Shown here: positions 1 to 8,672 of the stretch, piece after piece
Layout: each line of letters begins with the position of its first letter
Numbering within the stretch: position 1 is the stretch's first letter
NCBI GenBank assembly: GCA_029856125.1
Contig: JAHQWJ010000141.1
Location: 18,053 to 82,052, forward strand
DNA length: 64,000 bases
Source: Promethearchaeia archaeon
GTDB taxonomy: Archaea > Asgardarchaeota > Lokiarchaeia > Sigyniarchaeales > SOKP01
Direction: 5' to 3'
Made by a program: the position numbers and the translations under genes
The notes under the pieces: generated by a model
Databases searched by the model: none
What the model saw: the letters and a program-made list of their open reading frames with translations, nothing else
Told to the model about the DNA's origin: nothing

Positions 1-121
1 TATAGCAGAACAAGTCGAACGGGTTACCGACCTTAAGACGCCTGTAATTCGAATTCCTAATGTATGCGAAATTCATCATCCACATGATATTTTAAAAGTT
101 ATAAAAGAGGTGGCTAAATAA
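1..121 (+). CDS. 3' end of a probable 2-oxoacid:ferredoxin oxidoreductase alpha subunit (partial)
   Basis: Open frame IAEQVERVTDLKTPVIRIPNVCEIHHPHDILKVIKEVAK*. Its TAA overlaps the ATG of the beta subunit (TAATG). Assignment rests on operon position. Confidence 0.7.
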   Translation, partial: IAEQVERVTDLKTPVIRIPNVCEIHHPHDILKVIKEVAK

Positions 122-1038
122 TGTCGGGAATAGGACCTTTATATCCAAACGAGAAACCAGAGAATCCGTATGTTTTAGTATCATATGCTGGACACTTATT
201 AGGGAACTATTCGTCTAGATTATGTGCTGGTTGTGGATATGGAATCATCGGACATATTTTTACCCGACTATTTGAAGACGAAAAACTTGATCCAAAACTA
301 TATCCACTAGTTCTTGGTATAGGGTGTTATTCTCAAATGCTATTAACAGTACACTACGCAACCCAAAAAGTTTTATCTCTCCACGGCCGCGCTCCTGCTT
401 TAGCGACAGGTATGAAAATGGCAAATCCTCTAATGAAACCAATAATTTTTACTGGCGATGGTGATTGTTTGGGTATTGGAGGTAATCATTTTATACACAC
501 GTGCCGTCGAAATTTAGATTGTATTATTTTAATTTTCAACAATAGCATTTACGCAATGACTGGTGGACAGGGTGCTCCTACAACATTATTTGGTGCTAAA
601 AGTACAACGACACCATATAAAATGTTTGAAAATAGGAGCGACGGAGTCAAACTTGCTTTGGCTGCGGGAGCTACTTATGTAGCACGAACAACAGTTGCTC
701 ATCCACGCACTTTTATGAAGTATTTTAGAAAGGCACTGAAACATAAGGGAACCTCTGTAATAGAATTAATTACGCCTTGTGTTACTTACTTCGGGAGAAA
801 AAATTTAAATAACCTTGGAGCAGAAAACTTAGGATTAAAAGGAGAGAAGATGGACACAGCAGGTAAAATGATAGATTGGATAAAAAGAAATAGTGTTAGA
901 GAAAACCAAGCCAAGTTCATGAACGAAGAAGAATTGTTTAACAAATATGTTATTGGAGAATTTAGATACGCACCAGATAAACCCGAGTATTCCGAAGAAT
1001 ACGCTAAAATACAAAAAATAGCTAGAGGAGGTAGTTGA
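121..1038 (+). CDS. 2-oxoacid:ferredoxin oxidoreductase beta (TPP-binding) subunit
   Basis: CAGCG, IGC, HGRA and GDGD...N..Y.MTGGQ TPP motifs. Confidence 0.93.
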   Translation: MSGIGPLYPNEKPENPYVLVSYAGHLLGNYSSRLCAGCGYGIIGHIFTRLFEDEKLDPKLYPLVLGIGCYSQMLLTVHYATQKVLSLHGRAPALATGMKMANPLMKPIIFTGDGDCLGIGGNHFIHTCRRNLDCIILIFNNSIYAMTGGQGAPTTLFGAKSTTTPYKMFENRSDGVKLALAAGATYVARTTVAHPRTFMKYFRKALKHKGTSVIELITPCVTYFGRKNLNNLGAENLGLKGEKMDTAGKMIDWIKRNSVRENQAKFMNEEELFNKYVIGEFRYAPDKPEYSEEYAKIQKIARGGS

Positions 1039-1042
1039 AATC

Positions 1043-1642
1043 GTGTCTCGATATGAATTTCGCGTAAGTGGGTTTGGTGGACAAGGGGTTATAACTCTTA
1101 GTAAAATGATAATAATGGCAAGCTCAATCTATGAGGGTCTTGCTGCTACGCAAACCGAAGCCTATTCCGCAGCTGCAAGAGGAGGAAAATGCTGGGCAGA
1201 AGTAGTTGTTGACTTAGATAAAAAAATAGAGTTTATAGACTACCCTAAAGCTTTAAAGCCCTACGATTTTTTAATCGTCTTATCAGAAGAATCTGCTAAT
1301 GGTGTTAAGGTTGATTTTGTAAAGGATGAGGAAAACACAGGATTTTTAATATGGGACTCATCTACAATTAAAAAATTCAGAGTAGCAAAAAAAATTACTA
1401 AGGTTTTGGGTATTCCAATTCAAAAAATAGCAGTCGAAAAGTTCGGGAATATTGTTTTTGGAAACTCAATTTTGTTTGGTATCTTTACGATACTTTCAGG
1501 AATCTTCTCCGAAGAATCTGCTTTAGAAACTCTTAAGAAATTTGTTCCGAATTCTACTTTAGATAAAAATTTAGAAGCCTTTGAATTAGGGAAACAAGAA
1601 GCAATGAATTTTTTAGTACAAATAAAGGAGGTGAACGAGTAG
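1043..1642 (+). CDS. 2-oxoacid:ferredoxin oxidoreductase gamma subunit
   Basis: SGFGGQGV, Y.AAARGG and N.EAF..G motifs; GTG start after GGAGG. Confidence 0.92.
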   Translation: MSRYEFRVSGFGGQGVITLSKMIIMASSIYEGLAATQTEAYSAAARGGKCWAEVVVDLDKKIEFIDYPKALKPYDFLIVLSEESANGVKVDFVKDEENTGFLIWDSSTIKKFRVAKKITKVLGIPIQKIAVEKFGNIVFGNSILFGIFTILSGIFSEESALETLKKFVPNSTLDKNLEAFELGKQEAMNFLVQIKEVNE

Positions 1643-1643
1643 A

Positions 1644-3461
1644 ATGCATATCGGGAAAATTCAAAAAGGTTGGAAAGAGCTATATGAAGAAGTAATTCAA
1701 ACGGGGAAATGTGTATACTGTGGAGCTTGTGGGGCATTCTGTGCTAATATTCTATTTGATAAAGAAAAGGAGATCCCAATAGAAGATGGGTCCTGCAAAG
1801 ATATGAACACATGTAAAGATGGTTTCGGACTTTGCTATAATCTCTGTCCAAAAACGGAAACTGAAACGATTCCTTTGTCGTTATTAGACAATTGGGTTTT
1901 TGGAAAGAAACACGATAAGATTCTGGGACATTATCTCAAAATTGTCTCAATTAAGCTAACAGATAAAGCAAGAGAAAGCGTACCAGCTAAAGCGGGGCCT
2001 TTAACAGGACTATTATGGTTGGCTATGGAAAACGGTTTAGTCGATTCTTCTATTATTACTGATAAAGACGATAACTTTAGACCATCCCCAATGATCGCCC
2101 AGAATTCACAAGATATATTCAAAGGAGTAGGGTATAAGCCAAGTCAAGGTCCTTTACTCTCACTTTTAGGAGAAGCTATCAATAAAGAAAACGTAGATAT
2201 TGCTGTAGTAGGAACGCCTTGCCAAATTCAAGCTCTAAGAAAGCTACAGAATCACCCCGCTTTTGATTACGAAGCATACGATTTAGTATCGCTGGTCATT
2301 GGGATCTTTTGCTTCGGAACTTATTATAACCAATTATTAGAAATGGTTTTTGAGGAATTTGGGGTTAAATCAAGTGAGATAAACAAAATAAACACCGATA
2401 AAGATAATTTTAAGATGAAAATTAGTAGTGATTCGACTATAAAAGAAATACCACTAAATTATTTATACGAAAAAGCAATAAGAAAAGCTTGTTTTTCCTG
2501 CTCTGATTACACAGCTTCCTTCGCAGATTTATCAATTGGAAATTTTGGTAGTAAAGACAGCTGGAATACGCTAATTGTAAGAACAGAAAGAGGTAAACAA
2601 GTTTATGATTTAGCTATTGAACAAGGGTTCATCGAAACAATACCATTAGAACACGATAAGGAAGAACTTATTTTGGATTTAACCCGAAATAAAACGGATA
2701 TAGTCAAGATAGAATCAATAAAGCAACATTCCTCCGAAATTAAAAGTTTTACGATTAGAAACTCGAGGATTGCAGGCGCTTACAAACCGGGGATGTTTGT
2801 TATTTTATGGCTTCCTGATGTTGACTTCTTACCAATGTCCATCTCGAGTATAAAAGAAAACCTTATGGAAATAACCGTTAAAAAAATAGGAGAGGGAACA
2901 TCCAAATTATTTGATTTAGTTGAAGGAGACTCAATTGGTATTAGAGGTCCTTTTGGGAATTCGTTTAATTACGAGGATTCGAAAAGTATTCTTGTCGTAG
3001 GAGGAGGGATGGGGATCGCAGCCTTAACAACTTTAATAGAAACTCTTAAACAAAACAAGGCAAACGTACAAGTGGCAATTGGAGCCAAAGATGAAGATTC
3101 TTTAATATTCGCTGATAGATTGTTGGAATTGATTCCAAATACGATGTGTACTACTGATGATGGATCTTTTGGTAAGAAATGCGTTGTAACTGATCCTGTA
3201 GAAGATCTAATTAAAAAAGAAAATTTCGATTTGATTGTTACATGTGGTCCTGAAATTATGATGAAAAAGGTTCTTGAACTAGCAGAATCAAAGAATATTG
3301 AACTTCAAGCTAGCTTGGAACGAAAAATGAAATGTGGTGTAGGCTTATGTGGTTCTTGCTGCATAGGAGTAGAGAATAATATTACTATTTGTAAAGATGG
3401 ACCCGTCTTTAATTCAGATCAATTGAAAAAATTTCCTAAATTTGGAACTTATTCTAAATAA
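1644..3461 (+). CDS. Fusion of an FrhB/FdhB-family (F420-reducing beta) domain and a PyrK-like FAD/NAD/[2Fe-2S] electron-transfer domain
   Basis: N-terminal CVYCGAC..FC and LCYNLCP; FrhB motifs VGTPCQ, GIFC, CFSC.D..ADLSIG; C-terminal RGPFGN, VGGGMG, CGP..MM, SLERKMKCGVGLCGSC...C.DGPVF. Confidence 0.88.
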   Translation: MHIGKIQKGWKELYEEVIQTGKCVYCGACGAFCANILFDKEKEIPIEDGSCKDMNTCKDGFGLCYNLCPKTETETIPLSLLDNWVFGKKHDKILGHYLKIVSIKLTDKARESVPAKAGPLTGLLWLAMENGLVDSSIITDKDDNFRPSPMIAQNSQDIFKGVGYKPSQGPLLSLLGEAINKENVDIAVVGTPCQIQALRKLQNHPAFDYEAYDLVSLVIGIFCFGTYYNQLLEMVFEEFGVKSSEINKINTDKDNFKMKISSDSTIKEIPLNYLYEKAIRKACFSCSDYTASFADLSIGNFGSKDSWNTLIVRTERGKQVYDLAIEQGFIETIPLEHDKEELILDLTRNKTDIVKIESIKQHSSEIKSFTIRNSRIAGAYKPGMFVILWLPDVDFLPMSISSIKENLMEITVKKIGEGTSKLFDLVEGDSIGIRGPFGNSFNYEDSKSILVVGGGMGIAALTTLIETLKQNKANVQVAIGAKDEDSLIFADRLLELIPNTMCTTDDGSFGKKCVVTDPVEDLIKKENFDLIVTCGPEIMMKKVLELAESKNIELQASLERKMKCGVGLCGSCCIGVENNITICKDGPVFNSDQLKKFPKFGTYSK

Positions 3462-4306
3462 TTAATATTCTCGGGAATCCCATTTGAACAGGAAACTCCT
3501 ACTTGACATAGTCCACATCCATAAATGTTAATTCCATAATTTTTTTTTATATATGGAACTGTTCCCATAACGTGATTGGAGCATATAATTTTATCGTGGC
3601 GATTTTCAGATGTTATTGCGTTAACTGGGCAACGGTCGATACAATCCCCACAATTAATACAATATTCGTATGGATCTGAAGGTCTCTTGGCAGCATCAGA
3701 AGGTAAATCGTAATCAATAATAATACTCCCACACCTCATTGCTTTACCCCTTGAATTAATGAATCCATCGGATAAACCAAACGATCCTAAACCAGAGGCA
3801 AAGCAGCAATGCCTGTGAGACCAGTTAGAAGCCCAAATCTTACGGTTGATTTTAAATAAGCGTTTTTCCTGGGTAGGTGCCATCGCATTTATTTTTAACT
3901 TCTTTAACTCGTTAATTAAATGTGTTTGGGTTTTCACATTAGCTTGTTCTCCGAATAATCGCGTATTTGCCCATCTTTCTGAAGGATTAACTTTAGAATA
4001 TTCAAAATTCTGCTCCTTTGTTTTCTTATTTATCGGGAGGATATAGGTCACTACGCTTATATTTTCAGTTGAGATTGGTACACCATTTCTTTCGCAATAC
4101 CACGAGTAAGCTTCTATTGGTGTGAGATAAAATTCACCTATAATATTTTTATATTCGCTAAAAATGGGATCGTCTCCAGAAACAAACCCAACAATTATAT
4201 CGGGTTCAAAAATGAGAGAGTTATCTACCATTTTCATCTTATTACTTTCGTCATTTTCTAAGAAACTATTTATCTTTTCAACGAACCAATCTTTATTTAT
4301 CCCCAT
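3449..4306 (-). CDS. 4Fe-4S protein of the epoxyqueuosine reductase / reductive dehalogenase-like family
   Basis: WSHRH....GLG.FG, CINCGDCIDRCP and CGLCQ..C clusters; overlaps the convergent gene by 13 bp. Confidence 0.75.
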   Translation of the reverse strand: MGINKDWFVEKINSFLENDESNKMKMVDNSLIFEPDIIVGFVSGDDPIFSEYKNIIGEFYLTPIEAYSWYCERNGVPISTENISVVTYILPINKKTKEQNFEYSKVNPSERWANTRLFGEQANVKTQTHLINELKKLKINAMAPTQEKRLFKINRKIWASNWSHRHCCFASGLGSFGLSDGFINSRGKAMRCGSIIIDYDLPSDAAKRPSDPYEYCINCGDCIDRCPVNAITSENRHDKIICSNHVMGTVPYIKKNYGINIYGCGLCQVGVSCSNGIPENINYLE

Positions 4307-4425
4307 AAGAAAGTAAAACCCTAGTTAAATCAAATTTAACTATTTACTTATATATTTAATTACCCTTTAACTTTATTCATCATTCCTTAAATTCGGAAAT
4401 TATTAGACATTAAGGTTTTGTTCTA

Positions 4426-5382
4426 TTGGTAATGGAAAATTACAATTTTAGAAAAGGTTTGATTAACGGAATTATAACCGTACTGTTAATAGGGTTACAA
4501 CCAGTCATTTCACTATCGAGACCGCCGATAATTGACGCTTTTACTTTTTCTACCATCACGGCACTATTTATGGCGATAATCTTTTTTCCTTTATTCTTAA
4601 TCGAAAGATTTAAGTTGAAAAATTTAGTTAAAACAGAATCGAATGACAGGATACGTTCTCTACTGAGTGGTTGGAAGCAACCGAGGAATATTAGATTACT
4701 TGTTGGAATTGGAATTGTTTTTTCTATTGTTCCTGTATTATTAATAGTGGGTTACGATCTCGCTGGAGCAGTTAATAGCTCACTGGCGTTAAAAAGCGAA
4801 GTTATCATTGCTCTATTATCGGGTTATATATTTTTAAATGAGAAGCGGATATCAAAAATCCAGATTTTTTTCTGCATAATCTTAATTTTAGGATTATTTA
4901 TCGCAATTACCCAAGGATTTTCAGAGTTGTTTGAAATTAACCTCGGGGTCCTAATAATTGTAGTGGCAGTTATTATCTTTACTATTACGCATGCATTTAC
5001 TAAATCAGGATTCGATAGGAACGAGATTAGTCCTATTCAAGTAGTGTTTATTCGGAATGTGTTAAGCGGGACAATATTGTTGTTTACATCTTTCATTTTT
5101 TTTCCTTTAGAAGGTCTGGTAACGGTGTTAAGACCAGAATATCTTATATATCCTTTTGTTATGGGATTAGATTGGGGGTTCTCTCTGCTATTCTGGTACA
5201 GAACATTATCTTACCTACAAATTGGAAAAGCGGGGGTTATTATGTCCCTAACACCAATCACTTCAGCAATTTTTTCCTGGATCATTCTTGGGGATGAGAT
5301 CACACCTTTCCACCTCATAGGAATAACGATAGTAATTTTCTCAATTTATATGATCGTAAGGGAAAAAAAAGACAATAACTAA
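4426..5382 (+). CDS. DMT/EamA family transporter
   Basis: About 10 hydrophobic segments; ILGDEITPFHLIG-type C-terminal EamA motif. Confidence 0.88.
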   Translation: MVMENYNFRKGLINGIITVLLIGLQPVISLSRPPIIDAFTFSTITALFMAIIFFPLFLIERFKLKNLVKTESNDRIRSLLSGWKQPRNIRLLVGIGIVFSIVPVLLIVGYDLAGAVNSSLALKSEVIIALLSGYIFLNEKRISKIQIFFCIILILGLFIAITQGFSELFEINLGVLIIVVAVIIFTITHAFTKSGFDRNEISPIQVVFIRNVLSGTILLFTSFIFFPLEGLVTVLRPEYLIYPFVMGLDWGFSLLFWYRTLSYLQIGKAGVIMSLTPITSAIFSWIILGDEITPFHLIGITIVIFSIYMIVREKKDNN

Positions 5383-5400
5383 AATAAAATAATTACCCTT

Positions 5401-6555
5401 TTATAAAGGGTATACACCAAGGTTATTGGCGGCTTCTATCATCCATCTTAAATGCTTAACTGACATCCCAGGATGAAAGTTAGCAGGAGATATCATGCCA
5501 CCTCCTCCAGGACCTAGTGCGTTTATAGCATTTTCAACAGCTTGTTCCACTTCTTCTTTTGTAGCATCTACGAGAATATGTCTTGTATCGATATTTCCGG
5601 ATAAACAGAGTTTGTCACCTATTTTCTTTTTGACTAAATATGGATCTACCAAAGGTGGTTCAAGACATTGAAGACCATCAAATCCAGACTCGACGATGAA
5701 GTCTAAGAGGTCAGTAACATCGCCATCAGTATGCAATATATATTTTCCGCCCCACTCGTGAATCTTTTCTGAGACTTCTTGGTAACGGGGGAGTAAATAT
5801 TCATTAAAGTTTTTGTCGCTCATAAATTGACCTCCCGAATGTGCTATATCTCCCCCTTCAAGAAAAATTTTGGCTCCACAATCATGATAGGCTTTAAAGG
5901 TAGTTAATGTATAGTCTGTAGTGAAGCGAAAGCGTTCCTTAACAAGTTTCGGATCGTTCTTAAGAGCCCGAGCGAAATAAGCCATCCCCATTCCCTGCCA
6001 AACTGGGGGGAAAACCGAGGTTAAAGCATTTTGAGCGAAAATACAAATGTCATCCTTTATATCGCGGCATTTTCTCAAAACTCCCTTATAAAATTTTTTG
6101 GCCTTATTGTATTCTTCTTTCATATCAGGTTTAGGATACGCTTCCCAATCTTCTCGATTTTTAATATATCCACCATAGTAATCTGGATAAGGATTTCCAT
6201 CAATATTTCGGACTCTATGTCTCTTTCCAAATACATCTGTCATTTCTGATTGACTTTCAAGGATAAAGGGGATGTATTGTACTCCCACTCCATCAAATCC
6301 CAGATCGAGACCTGCTCTTACTGCTTTTGAAAACGTTGAAATTTCAATGTCAAGAAGGATATCGTTAATTTTATCCAACCAATCATCTGGATATTGTTTT
6401 TCCATATCATCAAATATGTCAAAAGCATTCCTTTTCGGACGGCCTAAGATTTGATCAGCGACATTTCCATCAATATTTATCGTATGGGTTGGAATTCTAT
6501 CTGGTTCTTCGAGATTTAATGCCATCCATATCCGTTCGAAACTTTTCATAATCAA
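5401..6555 (-). CDS. Uroporphyrinogen decarboxylase family protein (MtaA/CmuA-like TIM barrel)
   Basis: EEPDRIP, TDVFG, LHTDG and CLSGNID motifs. Confidence 0.85.
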   Translation of the reverse strand: MIMKSFERIWMALNLEEPDRIPTHTINIDGNVADQILGRPKRNAFDIFDDMEKQYPDDWLDKINDILLDIEISTFSKAVRAGLDLGFDGVGVQYIPFILESQSEMTDVFGKRHRVRNIDGNPYPDYYGGYIKNREDWEAYPKPDMKEEYNKAKKFYKGVLRKCRDIKDDICIFAQNALTSVFPPVWQGMGMAYFARALKNDPKLVKERFRFTTDYTLTTFKAYHDCGAKIFLEGGDIAHSGGQFMSDKNFNEYLLPRYQEVSEKIHEWGGKYILHTDGDVTDLLDFIVESGFDGLQCLEPPLVDPYLVKKKIGDKLCLSGNIDTRHILVDATKEEVEQAVENAINALGPGGGGMISPANFHPGMSVKHLRWMIEAANNLGVYPL

Positions 6556-6666
6556 TATTTTAAGGGTTGAATAAACTAATATATTTTTCTTTATAGCGAA
6601 AAATGATTCCTTCTTTTCTTCTTCATTATAAAAGTTTTTAATTTTTTCTAGTTTTTCTTAGATATC

Positions 6667-7608
6667 TTGAGTAATAATCTAAAAAAAGGCTTAATTTTTG
6701 GAGGTATCGGAACTATTCTTGTTGGATTTCAACCAATTATAGCAAATTCGGCCAAATCAATCGATTCTCATGTATTTGCAGCTATGACATGTTTGGTTGA
6801 GGCAATAATATTTCTCCCTCTCATGATTTTAGAGATGCGAATGAACAAAAGGAAAGAAAGGGGAAATCCGGGTTTAATGTCAAATAACTCAATTTTGACA
6901 AGCATAAAAAAGAATATTTGGTTATTACTTTTTATCGGGATAATCTTTAGCATTAATCAACTTCTATTTTTTGTAGGATATCGATTAGCTGGGGCTATTA
7001 ATGGATCTTTAACTCAAAAAACTTCCGTTTTCTTTGGATTGTTGTATGGCTTTTTGTTATTAAAAGAAAAAATTTCAAAAATTCAAATCGTATTTTCCAT
7101 CGTGTTATTTTTAGGTTTAGTAATAGCAATAACTCAGGGTTCGTTGAATTTTCTGACCTTTAACACCGATGTTTTGATTGGTGTGTTAATTGTATTATTG
7201 ATTACAGCTCTATGGATGTTTGGCCACACTATGACGAAACCATTGTTTAGTCGAAATGACTTAACCCCAACTCAAATGGTTTTCATTCGAAATATGTTAA
7301 GTGGAGTCATATTAATAGTTACCTACTTTACATTTTCTCCTGTTGATTTAAGCGTTTTTTTTAATCCATATAATCAATTCTTTTTTATAATAATGGGAAC
7401 TGTATATGGTTTAGGATTATTCTGTTGGTATAAGACTTTGTCGTATTTAGATGTCTCGAATGCAACCATTGTATTATCTCCCACTCCAATAGTTACCGCC
7501 ATCTTTGCTACTTTTATATTAGGAGAGTTTTTTACACCCTTTCATTTAATTGGAGCTGTATTAGTTATCTTCTCTATTATTATAATTATCAAACAAAAAA
7601 AAAATTGA
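6667..7608 (+). CDS. DMT/EamA family transporter (paralog of 4426-5382)
   Basis: Hydrophobic repeats; AGAINGSL and ILGEFFTPFHLIG match the upstream paralog. Confidence 0.88.
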   Translation: MSNNLKKGLIFGGIGTILVGFQPIIANSAKSIDSHVFAAMTCLVEAIIFLPLMILEMRMNKRKERGNPGLMSNNSILTSIKKNIWLLLFIGIIFSINQLLFFVGYRLAGAINGSLTQKTSVFFGLLYGFLLLKEKISKIQIVFSIVLFLGLVIAITQGSLNFLTFNTDVLIGVLIVLLITALWMFGHTMTKPLFSRNDLTPTQMVFIRNMLSGVILIVTYFTFSPVDLSVFFNPYNQFFFIIMGTVYGLGLFCWYKTLSYLDVSNATIVLSPTPIVTAIFATFILGEFFTPFHLIGAVLVIFSIIIIIKQKKN

Positions 7609-7864
7609 AAAGATATTTCTTTTTTACAATATTTCATTTATTCACGGTTTAGAGAAATATTTTAGGAAAATGATATTAAAAAATATATTCTTATATGTCG
7701 TTCATATCCTCTATAAGAATTGTTCATGTGTCAATTTATAAAAGAATAAGATAATTCAGAACATTTATATATTGAAGGTATATAGTTATAAATATAAAAA
7801 AATATATCTAAAGAATCGAAATTCTTGCTTAAACAGCAGTTTAGACCATAAAGGAAGTTATAAA

Positions 7865-8671
7865 ATGATAGATGATAGTATAATCTCTGTGAGAGATTTA
7901 AAAAAGTATTTTGGCGAAGTTAAAGCGGTTAATGGCGTTTCTTTTGATGTCCATCAAGGAGAGATCCTTGGACTTCTGGGTCCAAACGGGGCGGGAAAAA
8001 CAACAACTATTAAACTTTTATTAGGATTACTTGAGCCTCTAGAAGGGGAGATCAGTATTTTCGGGTTAAATCCCGAACGTGAAGAAGTTCTAATGAAGAA
8101 GAAAATAGGCTATGTTTCTGAAGAAGCGTTAATTTTTAAATCTCTTACGCCTAAGGACTTGTTTAACTTTATTGCTTCAATTCGTAGACTAGATGCAAAA
8201 GAAGCAACCGAACGGGTGACTGAATACCTTGAAAGTTTAGGCGCGTTGGAGTATTATGAACAAATGATCGCAACTTTATCGCACGGAAACAAACAAAAAA
8301 TGCAAATCGTTGCCGCTCTATTACATGAACCCGAGCTCTTGATTTTGGACGAACCATTAGCAGGGCTTGATGCCAAATCTGTGAGAGTAGTAAAGGAATT
8401 ATTAGATATGCATATTGAAAAAGGTGGAGCCGTGCTTTTTTCCACTCATATTATGGAAGTGGCAGAAGATCTATGTGATCGCATTGCTATAATAAATAAA
8501 GGTAAATTAGTAGGTCTTGGAACGATTGATGATCTTAGAAATCAAGCTGAAAAAAGTGGAGCAAGTCTCGAAGATGTTTTTCTCAGATTAACTGAGCAAG
8601 ATTCTTCAGTAGAAGAGATTGTGAAGAAATTAAGAAAATCTTATAAGAAAAAGATAGAGGAGTCTGCTTAA
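7865..8671 (+). CDS. ABC transporter ATP-binding protein
   Basis: GPNGAGKTT, LSHGNKQK, LILDEP, STH. Start moved to ATG 7865 by alignment with the paralog at 11349. Confidence 0.95.
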   Translation: MIDDSIISVRDLKKYFGEVKAVNGVSFDVHQGEILGLLGPNGAGKTTTIKLLLGLLEPLEGEISIFGLNPEREEVLMKKKIGYVSEEALIFKSLTPKDLFNFIASIRRLDAKEATERVTEYLESLGALEYYEQMIATLSHGNKQKMQIVAALLHEPELLILDEPLAGLDAKSVRVVKELLDMHIEKGGAVLFSTHIMEVAEDLCDRIAIINKGKLVGLGTIDDLRNQAEKSGASLEDVFLRLTEQDSSVEEIVKKLRKSYKKKIEESA

Positions 8672-8672
8672 A

